A model generated the notes under the pieces. It saw only the letters and a list, made by a program, of their open reading frames with translations. It did not search any database and was not told the origin of the DNA. Made by a program: the position numbers and the translations under genes. From contig JAXLNO010005869.1 in NCBI GenBank assembly GCA_038087875.1, forward strand, positions 248,001 through 312,000: a DNA stretch of 64,000 bases, in the 5' to 3' direction. Origin of the DNA: Malacoraja senta (taxonomy: Eukaryota). This document shows, piece after piece, positions 49,722 through 62,240 of this stretch; within the stretch, counting starts at the first letter, position 1, and the number at the start of each line of letters is the position of its first letter.

Positions 49722-52310
49722 AATCCAGGAAATTATAGGATAGTGAGCATCGTGTCAGTGGTCTGGAAGCTATTACAGAAAATTCTTTGTGATAGGAATT
49801 TCTCCCATTTTGAAAAGAGAGTGCTAATTCGGGGCAGTCAGCATGGGACTGTATGCGGCAGGTTGTCTTACAAATGGAATCCGTTTTTTGAGGAGGTGAC
49901 GAAGGTGATTGATGAGAATAGGGCTGTGGATGTTGTCTACATGGATTTTAGTAAGGCTCATGGTGGACTGCTCCAGAAGATTTAAAATGCATGGGATTGA
50001 AAGTGTCGCAGTCGTGTGGATACAGAACATTGCTTACCCATAGAACACAGAGCATTGTGATGGAAGGTTGTTATCTGGCTACAGGTTTATGACCAGTGTG
50101 CAGGGCAAAAAACTCGCAGATCTGCATGGGTCTGTGCAGGTTCCTCTGTTGTTTATGACTTATATAAATGACTTGGACTTAAATGTAGATGGGTTGGTTC
50201 GCAAGTTTACAGAAGGCACCAGATTTGGTGGAGTGGCAGAGGGTAAGTAAGGCTGCCAAGGGATACAGCACGATGCAGATCTGTTACAGAAATGGGCCAA
50301 GAAACAGCAAATGGAGTTTAATCAGAGCAAGTGTGAGATGTTGAAGTTTAGGATGTCAAATGTAAGGGGAAATATATATAATTAATGCCAAAATACCCTT
50401 AACAGGATTGATGTACGGAGGAATCTTGGGGTCAAATCCTATAGATCCATGTAAGTGGCATCACAATTGGATAGAGTGGTAAAACAGGCATATGGTATGC
50501 TTGCGAACATTGAGTCTAAAACTCAAGAAGTTATGTTGCAACTTTATAACATTTGTTTATGTCGCGTTTGAAGTATTGTGTTCAGTTCTGGTAGCCATAT
50601 TATAGGAAGGATGTTGAGGTTTAGGAAGGGTGCAGAGGAGGTTTACACGAATGTTCATGTTCATAAGTTCATGGGCCTGACTCTGGGGAGAACTGGGTTG
50701 GTGACTGGACATTGTGCCTTCCCCCACAGTGGTAACCATTGTGGGGGATGATTTTGTGTGTTGTGTGTCTGTGTTAGTCTATGTCCAACATGGCGGGCGG
50801 AAGGGAGAGTGTACGCTGGCGCGGTTTGGCTGCCGCTGCTCTCCCTTCATGTTGTGTTTTCTGAATTTTGTTGTCTTTTTTTGGATCAAATTTCTGTTTT
50901 TAATTTATGTATTGGTGATGTCTTTATAACCTATTTTACTCTGATTATATGTTTATATGTTTCTTAAATTGTAAGGTGTCCTAGAGACCTCGGTATTAGG
51001 CGCCCTTAAAATAAAATCTATTATTATTATTATTATAAATGATAGGAGCGGAATTAGTCTACTCCGCCATTCAATCATGGCTGATCTATCAAGAGAGAGC
51101 TAGATAAGGCTCTTAAAGATAGCGGAGTCAGGGGATATGAGGAGAAGGCAGGAACGGGGTACTGATTGGGGATGATCAGCCATGATCACATTGAATGGCG
51201 GTGCTGGCTCAAAGGGCCGAATGGCCTACTCCTGCACCTATTGTCTATCACTCCCTCCTACCCCCATTCTCCTGCCTTTTCACCATAACCCCTGATACAT
51301 GTACTAATCAAGAATCTATCTATCTCTGCCGTGTAAATATCGACTTGGCCTCCACAGCCTTCTGTGGCAATGAATTCCACAGAATCACCACCTTCTGACT
51401 AAAGAAATTCCTCCTCATCTCCTTCTGAAAGGAACGTCCTTTAATTCTGAGGCTATGACCTCTAGTCCTACACTCTCCCACTCGTGGAAACATCGTCTCC
51501 ACATCCACTCTATCCAGTCCTTTCACTATTTCACTATTGGGTAAGTTTCTATGAGCTCTCCCCTCATTCTTCTAAACTCCATCGACTAAAGGTCCAGTGC
51601 CGTCAAACGCTCATCATAAGTTTACAAGTGGTCCCACTCATTCCTGGGATCACTCTTGTAAACCTCCTCTGGACCCTCTCGAGAGCCAGCACATCCTTCC
51701 TCGGTTATCGGGCCCAAAATTGCTCACAATACTACACATGTGGCCTGACCAGTGCCTTATAGAGTCTCAGCATTACATCCCTGTTTTTATATTCTAGTCC
51801 TCTTGATATAAATGCTAACATTGCATTTGCCTTATCGATTTGATTTGCAAATGAACTTCTTGGGAATCCTGCACCAGCACTCCCAAGTCTGAATGTTGCC
51901 CGAGTTAGAGGGCATTAACTGTAAGGTTGGAGAATTTTGGAGTGTTTTCTCTGAAGAATTGGGAATTGAGGGAAGTTTATAAAATTATAAGAGGCTCTGA
52001 AAGGGTAAACAGTCAAAACCCTTTTCCCAGGATGGGAATGTTAAAGATTAGAGGGCATAGCTTTAAAGTTAATGGGGGAAAGTTTAAAGGAGACGTGCAG
52101 GGCGAGCTTTTCACGCAGAGTGTGGTGGGTGAATGGAACGTGGTGCCAGGGATGCTGGTGGAAACGGACACGATAGTAGCATTAAATAGGCACATGGATC
52201 TGCAGGGAATGGAGCTGTATGGTTCACATGCAGGCAACGTTTCACCACATCAGATTCGGCACAGACATTAACGGCCAAAGGGTCTATTCCTGTGCTGTAC
52301 TTTATGTTAC
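49722..52310. mobile_element. Cluster of nested CR1 fragments in both orientations, plus a (tta)n-tailed retroposon 3' end at about 50690-51035
   Basis: VDVVYMDFSKA, LFMTYINDLD and FFSQKVVILWNSLP motifs in the ORF track. Confidence 0.8.
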
Positions 52311-53405
52311 TTTCCTTATTCCCTTAGCTCTGCACTTAACCAGCAAAGTTTCAGACTCTTTTGCTGAAATGATTATTTTGGCCCATTATACATCAGTGTG
52401 CTGGACTTTTCCATTTACAACTGCAGATGCAATTCTATTTTCCTGTACGGATGGTGCTGCACGTTGTAAATAAAAGCTTGAGGTTAATAACTAGACTGTG
52501 GTTTCTAAAGTATAGGATGGAGAAACTCCAAACTAAACTGTGTTAATATTGCCTAAGCCCATTAACTTTCAACATTCAATGGTGATTATGAAGTGTCAAA
52601 ATAACATCATTTGCAGTGTGGCATGATGATAATGAGCTTCATACATGTTTAATTTTTTTAAATTATGCAAGTATAATTTTGCAATATGTTATTGAATGTG
52701 ATTAAGACCAAGATTCATTTTTCTAGCAATATATTGCACATATTCCCTTGTTTTATAGTTATGCCTATGAGCTGCTGTTTTTGTGAGTCTGATGATGGAA
52801 GATCATTCAGATACTGTAGATGTTACGGATTATATGCAGCAGTTGTCCAACCATAAAGGATTAACTTTTTTTCCGATCATAGCTGTTACTAGCCCCATTT
52901 ATTATTTGAAACATTTTGTGTTTTATTTATTTAACTCTGGGGGTGGGGGGGAGGGGAGGCATGAGCATATGTTTGGGGCTGAAATTGTGTAAGGGTGATA
53001 TGCCAGGGAATAAAAGATGTGAATCTCCATCAATAAGAATAGGCAGAATTATTTAATGTACTTCTGAGGCAGAAGAACCTGCAGATGCTGGAATCTTGAA
53101 CAAAACACAAATTGAGAAATTAATTTAAAAAACACCAGTGCTGTTTTACTCTAATCATTGTAAATGATGGTCTCCAGTCTGAAAAACAACCCTCCAATAT
53201 AACTCTGACCTTCCAATTTTGTATCCAATTGGCTCGCTTTGGACTGGCTTTGGCAAAACAATCGACGAAGTCCTTCATGGTAGGCTGATCCAGTGAATTA
53301 CTTCACATAGGATCCACAGAGACTTGGTAGATTGGATTTAAGGAGGCATGAATTACAAATCACAAATTGAGCCAGTCTATGCTCTGTAAAATCCTGGCAA
53401 TCTTA

Positions 53406-53681
53406 AGGGCCTGTCCCACTTTCACAACTTAATTCAAAACCTCTGCCGAGTAAAAAGTTGCAATTTCTTTCATCCCGACCATTTTTTTTACTCGTGGACA
53501 TTTTTTAAAATCGGGCTGGAAAAAACATCACGAGTACCTACGGCTAGCATAACGAGCCGCTACGATATATCGACGAACTCCTACGACCTCCTACGGACTT
53601 GTTACGAACATTCTGCGAGTTTGAATCAGGGGAAAACCCGGGAGAATTTGTGAATTACCTCATGAAAGTGGGACAGGCCCT
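53406..53681. mobile_element. PIF/Harbinger-type MITE
   Basis: TIR AGGGCCTGTCCCACTTTCA / TGAAAGTGGGACAGGCCCT; TTA TSD at 53403-53405 and 53682-53684. Confidence 0.92.
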
Positions 53682-55109
53682 TTACATTTCATTGAGCAAA
53701 AAACAAAGTGCTGTCTGTTCCAGCCAGTCAGGCAGCATCTTTAAAGGGAACGGACACTCGATGTTTTGGGTCGGAACTCTTCCTCAGATTTTCATTAGAT
53801 CACAGATACATTAAATTAATACAATATGGCCAACTGGTCATTTTGAACATGCCTCAGGCTGACTTCAGTTTTGCAATATAGACACCACAGGACATATGTT
53901 TAGGTTTATTATTGTCATGCGTACCAAGGTACAGTGAAAAGTATTGTTGGCATGCTAACCAAGCAGATCAGATAGCCAGCATAAATATAAAATCAAATTT
54001 GGGTACAATAAATAAAGCAAAGGAGAACATACAGAGTGAGGAATATAGTTCTCAGCATTGTAGCATATTAGGTCCATACACAAAGTCCAATGTCCGCCAT
54101 GGGGTAGAAGTGAATCGCAGCGTTCCCTAGCTTATGGAAGGATCATTCAAAAAAAACTGTTAACAGAGGGGAAGAAGCTGTTCCTGAGTCTGGTGGTGAT
54201 GCATTCAAGCTTCTGTACCTCCTGCTGGACGGGAGCAGGGAGAAGAAGGAATGACTTGGGTGAGACAAGTCTTTGATTCTGTTGGCTACTTTTCCAAGGC
54301 TGCGTGTAGTGTATTGTGAGTCAACGGTGGGAAGTCTGGTCTGTGTTATGGACTGGGCAACATCTATAACTCTGTAATTTCTTGCGGTTTTGGGCTGAGC
54401 TATTCCCAAACCAAGCTGTGATGCAACACACAGTATGGTTTCTATAGTGCATCTGTAGAAGTTTGTAAGAGTCACTGGAGACATGTAAAATTTCAGTCAT
54501 CGCAAGAAGTAGAAGATATGGCGTGCTGCCTTGGCTGTCGTTTCAACGTGTTTGGTCCATGACATTGTTGGTAATATTAACACCAAGGAATGTGAAGCTC
54601 TCAACCATTTCACAACAGCACAATCGATGCTGATTGGAGCATGTACTCCACCATGCTTCCTGAAGTTGATAACTAGCTCCTTCAGCTTGCTGACATTGAA
54701 TGAGCGATTATTGTCCTGACACCATGTTCTCTATCTCCTTCCTGTACTCTGTCTACTCATTGTTTGCGATCTGACCCACCACAGTGGTGACATCTGCAAC
54801 CTTGTAGATGGTGTTGGAGCCAAATGTGTCTGTACAGTTGTGCGTGGATGGGGACTAGAGTAGGGGACTGAGAATGCCTCCATGAGGGGTTCCAGTGTTG
54901 AGAATTATTGTGAAGGAGGTGTTGTCCCCTGCCCTCACTGATTCGTGTTTGTGGGTCAGAAAGTCAAGGTTCCAGGAGAAGGGTGGTGCTGATTTGCTGA
55001 TTCCTAGGTCCAGGAGTTTGGGGATGTGTTTGGATGGGATAATGCATACCTGCCAATTAATCCGATTTTATCGTATTTGTTCAGATTTTTAAGTTTAAAA
55101 AAAAGAAGT

Positions 55110-57700
55110 GAAAAAAGGAACCTGGGGTAGGGGTGACCTGTACAAAAGGGACGGGTTACACCTTAACTGGAGGGGAACCGACATTCTGGCAAGCAGATTT
55201 GCTAGGGCTACACGTGTGGGTTTAAACTAAATAGTGGTGGGGGGGGGGGATTGACAAATTGGGAGTATAAAGATAGAGTTGAAGGGGAAGTGGCTACAGG
55301 AAAAATTACAAAAGATTCTCGAATTAATGGGAAGGAAAGCTTGAGAATGGACAACAGAGTAAGGTCAGGGCCAATTGCGAGGGGGAAGTGAATACGGAGG
55401 TCAAAGTACTGTATATGAATGCGCGAAGTATAAGGAATAAAGTGGACGAGCTTGAAGCTCAGTTAGAAACTGGCAAGTATGATGTTGTGGGAATTACTGA
55501 GACTTGGCTGCAAGAGGGGCAGAGCTGGGAACTGAATATTCAAGGGTATACCTCCTATCGAAAAGACAGACAGGTGGGCAGAGGGGGTGGGGTTGCCCTG
55601 TTGGCGAGGAATTAAATTCAGTCCCTTGCAAGGGGTGACATTGAAAAAGGAGATGTGGAGTCAGTATGGATCGAACTAAGGAATTGTAAGGGTAAAAAGA
55701 CCCTAATGGGACTAATCTACAGGCCCCCAAACAGTAGCCTGGACATAGGGCGCAAGTTGAATCGGGAGTTAAAATTGGCATGTAGCAAAAGTAATGCTGT
55801 GGTTGTTATGGGAGATTTCAACATGCAGGTAGACTGGGAAAATCAGGTAGGTACTGGACCCCAAGAAAGGGACTTTGTAGAGTGCCCTCATGATGGATTC
55901 TTTGAACAGCTTGTAATGGAGCCTACCAGGGAGAAGGCAATTCTGGATTTAGTATTATGTAATGAACCGGATTTGATAAAGGATCTCGAGGTTAATGAGC
56001 CACTGGGAGGCGGTGACCATAACATGGTCAGGTTTAATCTATAATTGGAGATGGAGAAGATTAGATCGGAGGTGTCAGTGTTGCAGTTGAATAAAGGGGA
56101 CTATGGGGCCATGAGGGAGAAGCTGGCCAAAGTTGACTGGAAAGATACACTAGCAGGGATGACAGTGGAACAAAAGTGGCAGGTGTTTCTATGAATAATA
56201 CAGAAGGTGCAGGATCAGTTCATTCCTGGGAGGAAGAAAGATTCCAAGGGGAGAAAGGGACGACCATGGCTGACAAGGGACGTCAGGGACAGTATAAAAA
56301 TTAAAGCGAAGAAGTACAACGTAGCAAAGATGAGCGGGTAGCAAGAGGATGGGGTAATGTTTAAAGAACAACAGAAGATAACCAAAAAGACAATACGGGG
56401 AGAAAAGATGAGGTACGAAGGTAAGCTAGCCAAGAGTCAGCATGGATTTACGAAGGGGAACTCAAGCTTGACTAATCTTCTGGAATTTTTTGAAGATGTA
56501 ACTAGGAAAATGGACAAGGGAGAGCCAGTGGACTTTCAGAAAGCATTTGATAAGGTCCCACATAGCAGATTAGTGGGCAAAATTAGGGCACATGGTATTG
56601 AGGGTAGAGTGCTGACATGGATAGAGAAGTGTTTGGCAGACAGGAAACATAGAGTAGGGATTAACGGGTCCCTTTCAGAATGGCAGGCAGTGACTAGTGG
56701 GGTACCGCAAGGCTCGGTGCTAGGACCGCAGCTATTTACAATATACATCAATGATTTGGATGAAGGGATTCAAAGGGATTCAAATTTGCAGATGGGTGGC
56801 AGTGTGAACTGAGGAGGATGCTATGAGAATGCAGGGTGACTTGGACAGGTTGGGGGAGTGGGCAGATGCATGGCAGATGAAGTTTAATGCGGATAAATGT
56901 GAGGTTATCCACTTTGGTAGCAAAAACAGGAAGGCAGATTACTATCTAAATGGCGTCAAGTTGGGAAAAGGGGAAGTACAACGGGATCTGGGGGTCCTTG
57001 TACATCAGTCTATGAAAGTAAGCATGCAGGTACAGCAGGCAGTGAAGAAAGCGAATTGCATGTTGGCCTTTATAACAAGAGGAATTGAATATAGGAGCAA
57101 AGAGGTCCTTCTGCAGTTGTACAGAGCCCTAGTGAGACCACACCTGGAGTATTGTATGCAGTTTTGGTCCCCTAATTTGAGGAAGGACATTCTTGCTATT
57201 GAGGGAGTGCAGCGTAGGTTTACTGGGTTAATTCCCGGGATGGCGGGACTGTCATATGCTGAGAGAATGGAACAGCTGGGCTTGTACACTCTGGAGTTTA
57301 GAAGGATGAGAGGGCTTCTCATTGAAACATATAAGATTGTTAAGGGCTTGGATACACTAGAGGCAGGAAACATGTTCCCGATATTGGGGGAGTACAGAAC
57401 CAGGGGCCACAGTTTAAGAATAAGGAGTAAGCCATTTAGAACGGAGACGAGGAAACACTTTTTCTCACAGAGAGTGGTGAGTCTGTGGAATTCTCTGCCT
57501 CGGAGGGCGGTGGAGGCAGGTTCTCTGGATGCTTTCAAGAGAGAGCTAGATAGGGCTCTTAAAAATAGCGGAGTAAGGGGATATGGGGAGAAGGCAGGAA
57601 CGGGGTACTGATTGGGAATGATCAGCCATGATCACATTGAATGGCAGTGCTGGCTCGAAGGGCCAAATGGCCTATTCCTGCACCTATTGTCTATTGTGTA
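55110..57700 (+). mobile_element. CR1 LINE (ORF1 esterase C-terminus plus ORF2 APE and RT, internally deleted) nested in the hAT-like element
   Basis: WGRGDLYKRDGLHLN (SGNH DxxH); MNARSIRNK, GITETWL, MGDFN and GDHN; [11 protein letters not shown] and [10 protein letters not shown]; open C-terminal ORF 56823..57611; (ctattgt)n tail. Confidence 0.95.
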
Positions 57701-57720
57701 TTGAAATGAGGGGAAAAAAC

Positions 57721-57925
57721 GGCCAATCAACCGCTGTCTCTAAGGGGGTTACGTCCAATCACCGACCAGCTTCCCTTAAAATTCACGTCCAATCAGCCGC
57801 TGTCTCCAAGGGCATTGTGTCCAATCACATAATGCGCTGGTCACTCGGCAGCCAAACAGACGCTGTCTCCGAGGGGTGTTGTGGCCAATCACTAACCAGC
57901 TTCCCTTACTGAAGCAGAAGATGGC
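57721..57925 (+). promoter_or_regulatory. Phased CCAAT-box array plus YY1-like AAGATGGC; putative transposase promoter
   Basis: CCAAT at 57723, 57755, 57789, 57821 and 57885, with CCAAA at 57852; AAGATGGC at 57918-57925 contains an ATG at 57921. Confidence 0.5.
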
Positions 57926-58883
57926 TGCAGATGGGGAGTGGGAGAGAGAGAGAGCAGGAGAGAGAGAGAGAGAGCCAAAGAAAGAGAAAGAACAAGAAAG
58001 AACAAGATATAGAGAGATTCCAGCCCCTTAACGTTTCCTCAGGCCATGGGGAAACGTTGCTACCAAATGACTTTCAATGATAAACTTCTGGACAAATGCA
58101 AGAAAGCAGCTATGACATATAATACACAATCAACTGTATTACAAATACACAATAAGCAAGTTATGAATTATTGTACATTTACATGGGTATGACCGCACAT
58201 AAAAAATAAAAAGAATTTCAGAAAAATGGCACCGTGTAAAAATACCGATTTCCCCAGCAAAATACTGATTTTCAGGTACTACAATACTGAAATGCTCTGA
58301 CAAAACTTGGCAGATCTGAATATATCGCAATATTGGCAAACTACAAAAAAACCCACTTAAAATCCAGGAGCTAAGGCGGGCCCCTGGACCCCACCCGTAA
58401 TGGCGCTCGCACTCCGTCAACCCGCGCACTCAGAGTAAGATTTAACATTTTCAAATGTTGGCAGGTATGGATAATGGTGTTGGAGGCAGAATATAATCAA
58501 TAGATAGGAGTCTAAATTTGGAGTCCTTGTCGTCTAGGTTTTCCAGAGATCGGTTTAGGGACGTGGTGTCTGCTGTGGACCTGTTCTGATGGTAAGCAAA
58601 CTGCAGTGGATCTAGTCTGGCTGGAAGGCTGGAGTTGATGTGCTCCAACACCAGCCTCTCAAAGCACTTTATGATGGTGGATGTGAGAGCCAGGGAATGG
58701 AAGTCATTAAGGCACACTACCTTACTTTTCTTTAATCCCAGGATGATGGTGGTTGTCTTGAAGCAGGCGGGAACCTCAGAATGCAGTGGTGAGAGCTTAA
58801 TGATGTCTGAATACCTCCGCCGCTTTGTGACCCATTATAGTGCGCAAACCTCGCCACAATCTACATGTATCCATGTCATTGCC

Positions 58884-60073
58884 TTTGGTTTGAAAATGCA
58901 AAAGTGTTTTTTGGTTTGAAAATGCAAAAGTGTTTTTTGGTTTGAGAATGCAAAAGTTGCCTTGCCTAATTGAAAAGTTGGTTTGAGAATGTTAAAGTTG
59001 CCTTGCCTAATTGAAATGTTGGTTTGAGAATGCTAAAGTTTCCTTGCCTAATTGAAAAGTTGGTTTGAGAATGCTAAAGTTGCCTTGCCTAATTGAAAAG
59101 TTAGTCTGAGAATGCTAAAGTTGCCTTGCCTAATTGAAAAGTTGGTTTGAGAATGCTAAAGTTGCCTTGCCTAATTGAAAAGTTGGTTTGAGAATGATGG
59201 CAAGATGGCGGCGCCTGTTGGCAGCGGCCTCTGCAGTTCGTCTGTCTTTTTTTTCTCTTTGTCTGTTAAGTGGATGTCTTGGTTTTAGTTTTTATATTAT
59301 TTATAGCTGTGTATATGTGGGGGGCGGGGATGGGGGAAACTTTTTTTATCTCTTCCCTGTACGGGGACCCGACTTTTTCCTTTGTCGAGTCTCTGTTGTC
59401 GTTGGGCCTAACATTGGCGGCCTCCAACCGGAATCGACCTGGGGCTCTAGTCGCAGAGCCTGCGGACTCACCATCGCGGAGCTGGCTGACTTCGGAGTGC
59501 AGAGCGCTGTGGTGGCGCACGGCTGCGACCCGACTTCGGAGCTTCGAAGGCTCCGGCTGCAGGCCCTGTGGACGGTAACATCGGGAGCTCGCGGGTCCCT
59601 GGTGGGAGACCGCTTTTCGGAGCTCCTGCAATGGCAAACTTTGCCCACCCGAATCGAGGGGTTTAAATCGACCCGGAGCGGGGCCATACATCGCCCGGCG
59701 CGGCTTAAACGGCCGCGGGACTTACCATCGCCCACCGGGGGGCTCTAACATCTAACATCAGGAGCCTCAATTGGCTCGATGCAGCAGTTTGGCTGCTTGA
59801 CTGCGGGAGAGGAATGGGCACAGAGAACGGGGAAGAGATAAGACTTTTGCCTTCCATCACTGTGAGGAGGTGTTTGGGGATTCACTGTGATGGATGTTTG
59901 TGTGTAATTGTATGTTTTGGTTTTTCTGTTTGTATTATGACTGCAGAAAGGTAATTTTGTTTGAACTTATGTTCAAATGACAACGATTCTGATTCTATAA
60001 AGTTGGTTTGAGAATGCAAAAGTTGCCTTGCCTAATTGAAAAGTTGGTTTGAGAATGTCAAAGTTGCCTTGCC
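58884..60073. repeat. 26-bp then 41-bp minisatellite, interrupted by a retroposon
   Basis: ggtttga at 58887, 58913 and 58939 (26-bp period); tgaaa at 58971, 59012, 59053, 59094, 59135 and 59176 (41-bp period); the array resumes at about 59998. Confidence 0.92.
59196..59996 (+). mobile_element. GC-rich non-coding retroposon, probably a non-autonomous LINE derivative
   Basis: Starts gatggcaagatggcggcg and ends aaatgacaac(gattct)2; interrupts the 41-bp array. Confidence 0.6.
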
Positions 60074-60074
60074 G

Positions 60075-61075
60075 TCTATATAATTAAAAGTCTAATCTTG
60101 ACCACTTCCTGTTTGCGCTGTATATTGATTTTAGGAAAAATGCTATCACGTACGGCTGTGACTTTTGGCCATCTTACTCGGAGTCCCCTCCGCTCATCAG
60201 GTGCCGAGGATTTTTCCCATCGATGAAAAATAAAAGAGTTATTAGTGTTTAAAAAATGTTGAGATTCTCTCTCCTGTCAATCACGCCATGAAGGCCACGC
60301 CCCTTCAGGTGGGAAGGACTATAAAACCTGGAAGTTTGGGCGTGGCAGTCTATGCAAGAAGGGGGAGGGAGAGGTCATGACTCTCTGTCTTTAGTGGCCT
60401 TGCACCCTGCTTGAAATGGTATGAAACTGCATTTGAATTTGGTGGCCTTGCACCCTGCTTGAAATGGTAGGAAACTGCACTCGAATTTAGTGGCCTTGCA
60501 GGCTGCTTGAAATGGTAGGAAACTGCATTCGAATTTGGTGGCCTTGCACCCTGCTTGAAGTGGTAGGAAACTACACTTGAATTTGGTGGCCTTGCAGGCG
60601 GCTTCTTCTTCTTGCCTATGGCGTACACAGCCTAACGTTGTAGGACAACTTGTTCTATTTGATCTTATTTGATTGTGCACGCCGGGTTGATTGCATTCGT
60701 CGAAACGGGGCGGACCACGTGAAGGTTGCAATCTTCCACCCTGCAGGCTGCTTGAAATGGTAGGAAACTGCACTCGAATTTGGTGGCCTTGCAGCCTGCT
60801 TGAAGTGGTATGACACTGCACTTGAATTTGCCTTGAGTTAGTGAGCTGCCAGCACACCAGGCTTGAGTGACTGAGCTGCCAGCCCAAGAATCCATTCGAC
60901 CCACAGTGTCCATACAAGCCCTCTGGAAACCAGTCCCTTCAGAATACAACACCCATACTAGCGCTCCAGAAAGCCCCCCCCCCACACTGGCCACCAATAT
61001 TGGAATTGGTGAAGAGGTGGAATATTACGTTGGGGGACCATCCCTCCCGTGTGAAGCTGGGACCCAACGGTCTAG
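60075..61075 (+). mobile_element. Non-autonomous Helitron (copy C) with 48-bp array and a small (AAG)n-tailed retroposon 3' end at about 60605-60740
   Basis: TCTATATAATTAAAAGTCTAATCTTGACCACTTCC start; CTAG|T at 61072-61075; right arm of the hairpin deleted; collinear with 39268-40573. Confidence 0.85.
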
Positions 61076-61509
61076 TTATTCTATTAAATGTGATCTTGAG
61101 AGGACATAATATTTTCTGTGGATTTCATAACACAACAATGATAAAAAGATCTTTGTTTTGATTGCACCTACCAACATGCATACATTATTATATTACAGTT
61201 AATATGTACCGAGGGCAAATTTTTGTTCCAATTCCCAAATACTTTTACATTGAAGTTCCCCGCTCACATCTGGCAGTGATCTCTGTCTGAACTGGGGTCC
61301 ACAGAGCATTTTTGAAAGTTGGGAGGCTGAGCGATCACTGGCCTTGGGGGTACCTGGTGAGGTAGTGGAGCAACCAAGTGGTGGGAGGGGGGTGTTTCCC
61401 CTCACACAGTAGGGACATTTTGAAAGTTGATATTTTAAAATCATGTTTTAGTGCATTGTAGAAGTATGATTTCAATGTTTTTTGTTTGATGTATTTTTAA
61501 GAGGTAACT

Positions 61510-62150
61510 TTTTAAGGGATAACTTTTTCCACACAAAGGGTGGTGGGTGTATGGAACAAGCTGCCAGAGGAGGTAGTTGAGGCAGGGACTATCCCAACAT
61601 TTAAGAAACAGTTCAACTGATACATGGATAGGACAGGTTTGGAGGGATATGGACCAAAAACAGGTAGTGTAGCTGGGACATGTTGGCGGGTGTGGGCAAG
61701 TTCGGCCGAAGGGCCTGTTTTCACACTGTATCACTCTCTGACTACATTATACCTCCACCATGCATGAATGCTTCAAAATCAAGTGGTTGAGTTTTATTGC
61801 CATATACTCAAGCATAGAAAATAGGTGCAGGAATAGGCCATTCAGCCCTTCGAGCCAGCACTGCCATTCAATACGATCATGGCTGTTCATCTAAAATCAG
61901 TACCTCTTTCCTGATTCTTCCCCATATCCCTTGATTTCGCTTGCCCCAAGAGCTAGATGTAACTCTCTCTTGAACACATCCAGTGAATTGGCCTCCACTG
62001 CCTTCTGTGGCAGAGAATTCCACAGATTCACAACTTTCTGCGTGAAGAAAGTTTGTCCTCATCTCAGTCCTAACTGGACAACCCTTAATTTTTAAACTGT
62101 GACCCCTGGTTCTGAACACCCCCAACATCGGGAACATTTTTCCTGCAGTT
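61510..62150. mobile_element. Two CR1 3' fragments (about 61510-61742 plus; 61813-62150 minus)
   Basis: Similar to 860-1090 and 32370-32700 respectively. Confidence 0.85.
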
Positions 62151-62240
62151 ACATTAAGTGAAAATCTAGCAGGCAAGCAGGATGCTTTCTCCAACCAATT
62201 TGAAGGCTACTATCGTCCACCGTTTCTACTTGGTACTTAC

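Larger units (their letters stand above)
55045..58469 (+). mobile_element. Internally deleted hAT-like DNA transposon with 7-bp TSD
   Basis: Perfect 12-bp TIR CATACCTGCCAA / TTGGCAGGTATG; GATAATG at 55038-55044 and 58470-58476; remnant CYQMTFNDKLLDKCKKAAMTYN at about 58058-58125 resembles hAT transposase C-termini. Confidence 0.85.
53900..58810 (-). mobile_element. Rex1/Babar LINE (RT to 3' end) split by the 55045-58469 transposon
   Basis: KCFERLVL...LDPLQFAY (58451..58717) continues as IPSKHIPKLLDLG below 55044 and TNFYRCTIE (54143..54484). Confidence 0.88.

Noticed and set aside
61292-61330. ctggggtccacagagcatttttgaaagtt as the partner TIR of the 62719 terminus
   Set aside because: Poor TIR match and the flanking 8-mers (tgtctgaa vs ctatgcct) are not a TSD; more likely a separate older fragment.
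18000-62000. Downstream TDP2 exons or TBC1D5 terminal exons (the human PLCL2 neighbour) on the minus strand
   Set aside because: No diagnostic peptides in the ORF track or seen by eye. Small exons cannot be fully excluded without tblastn.
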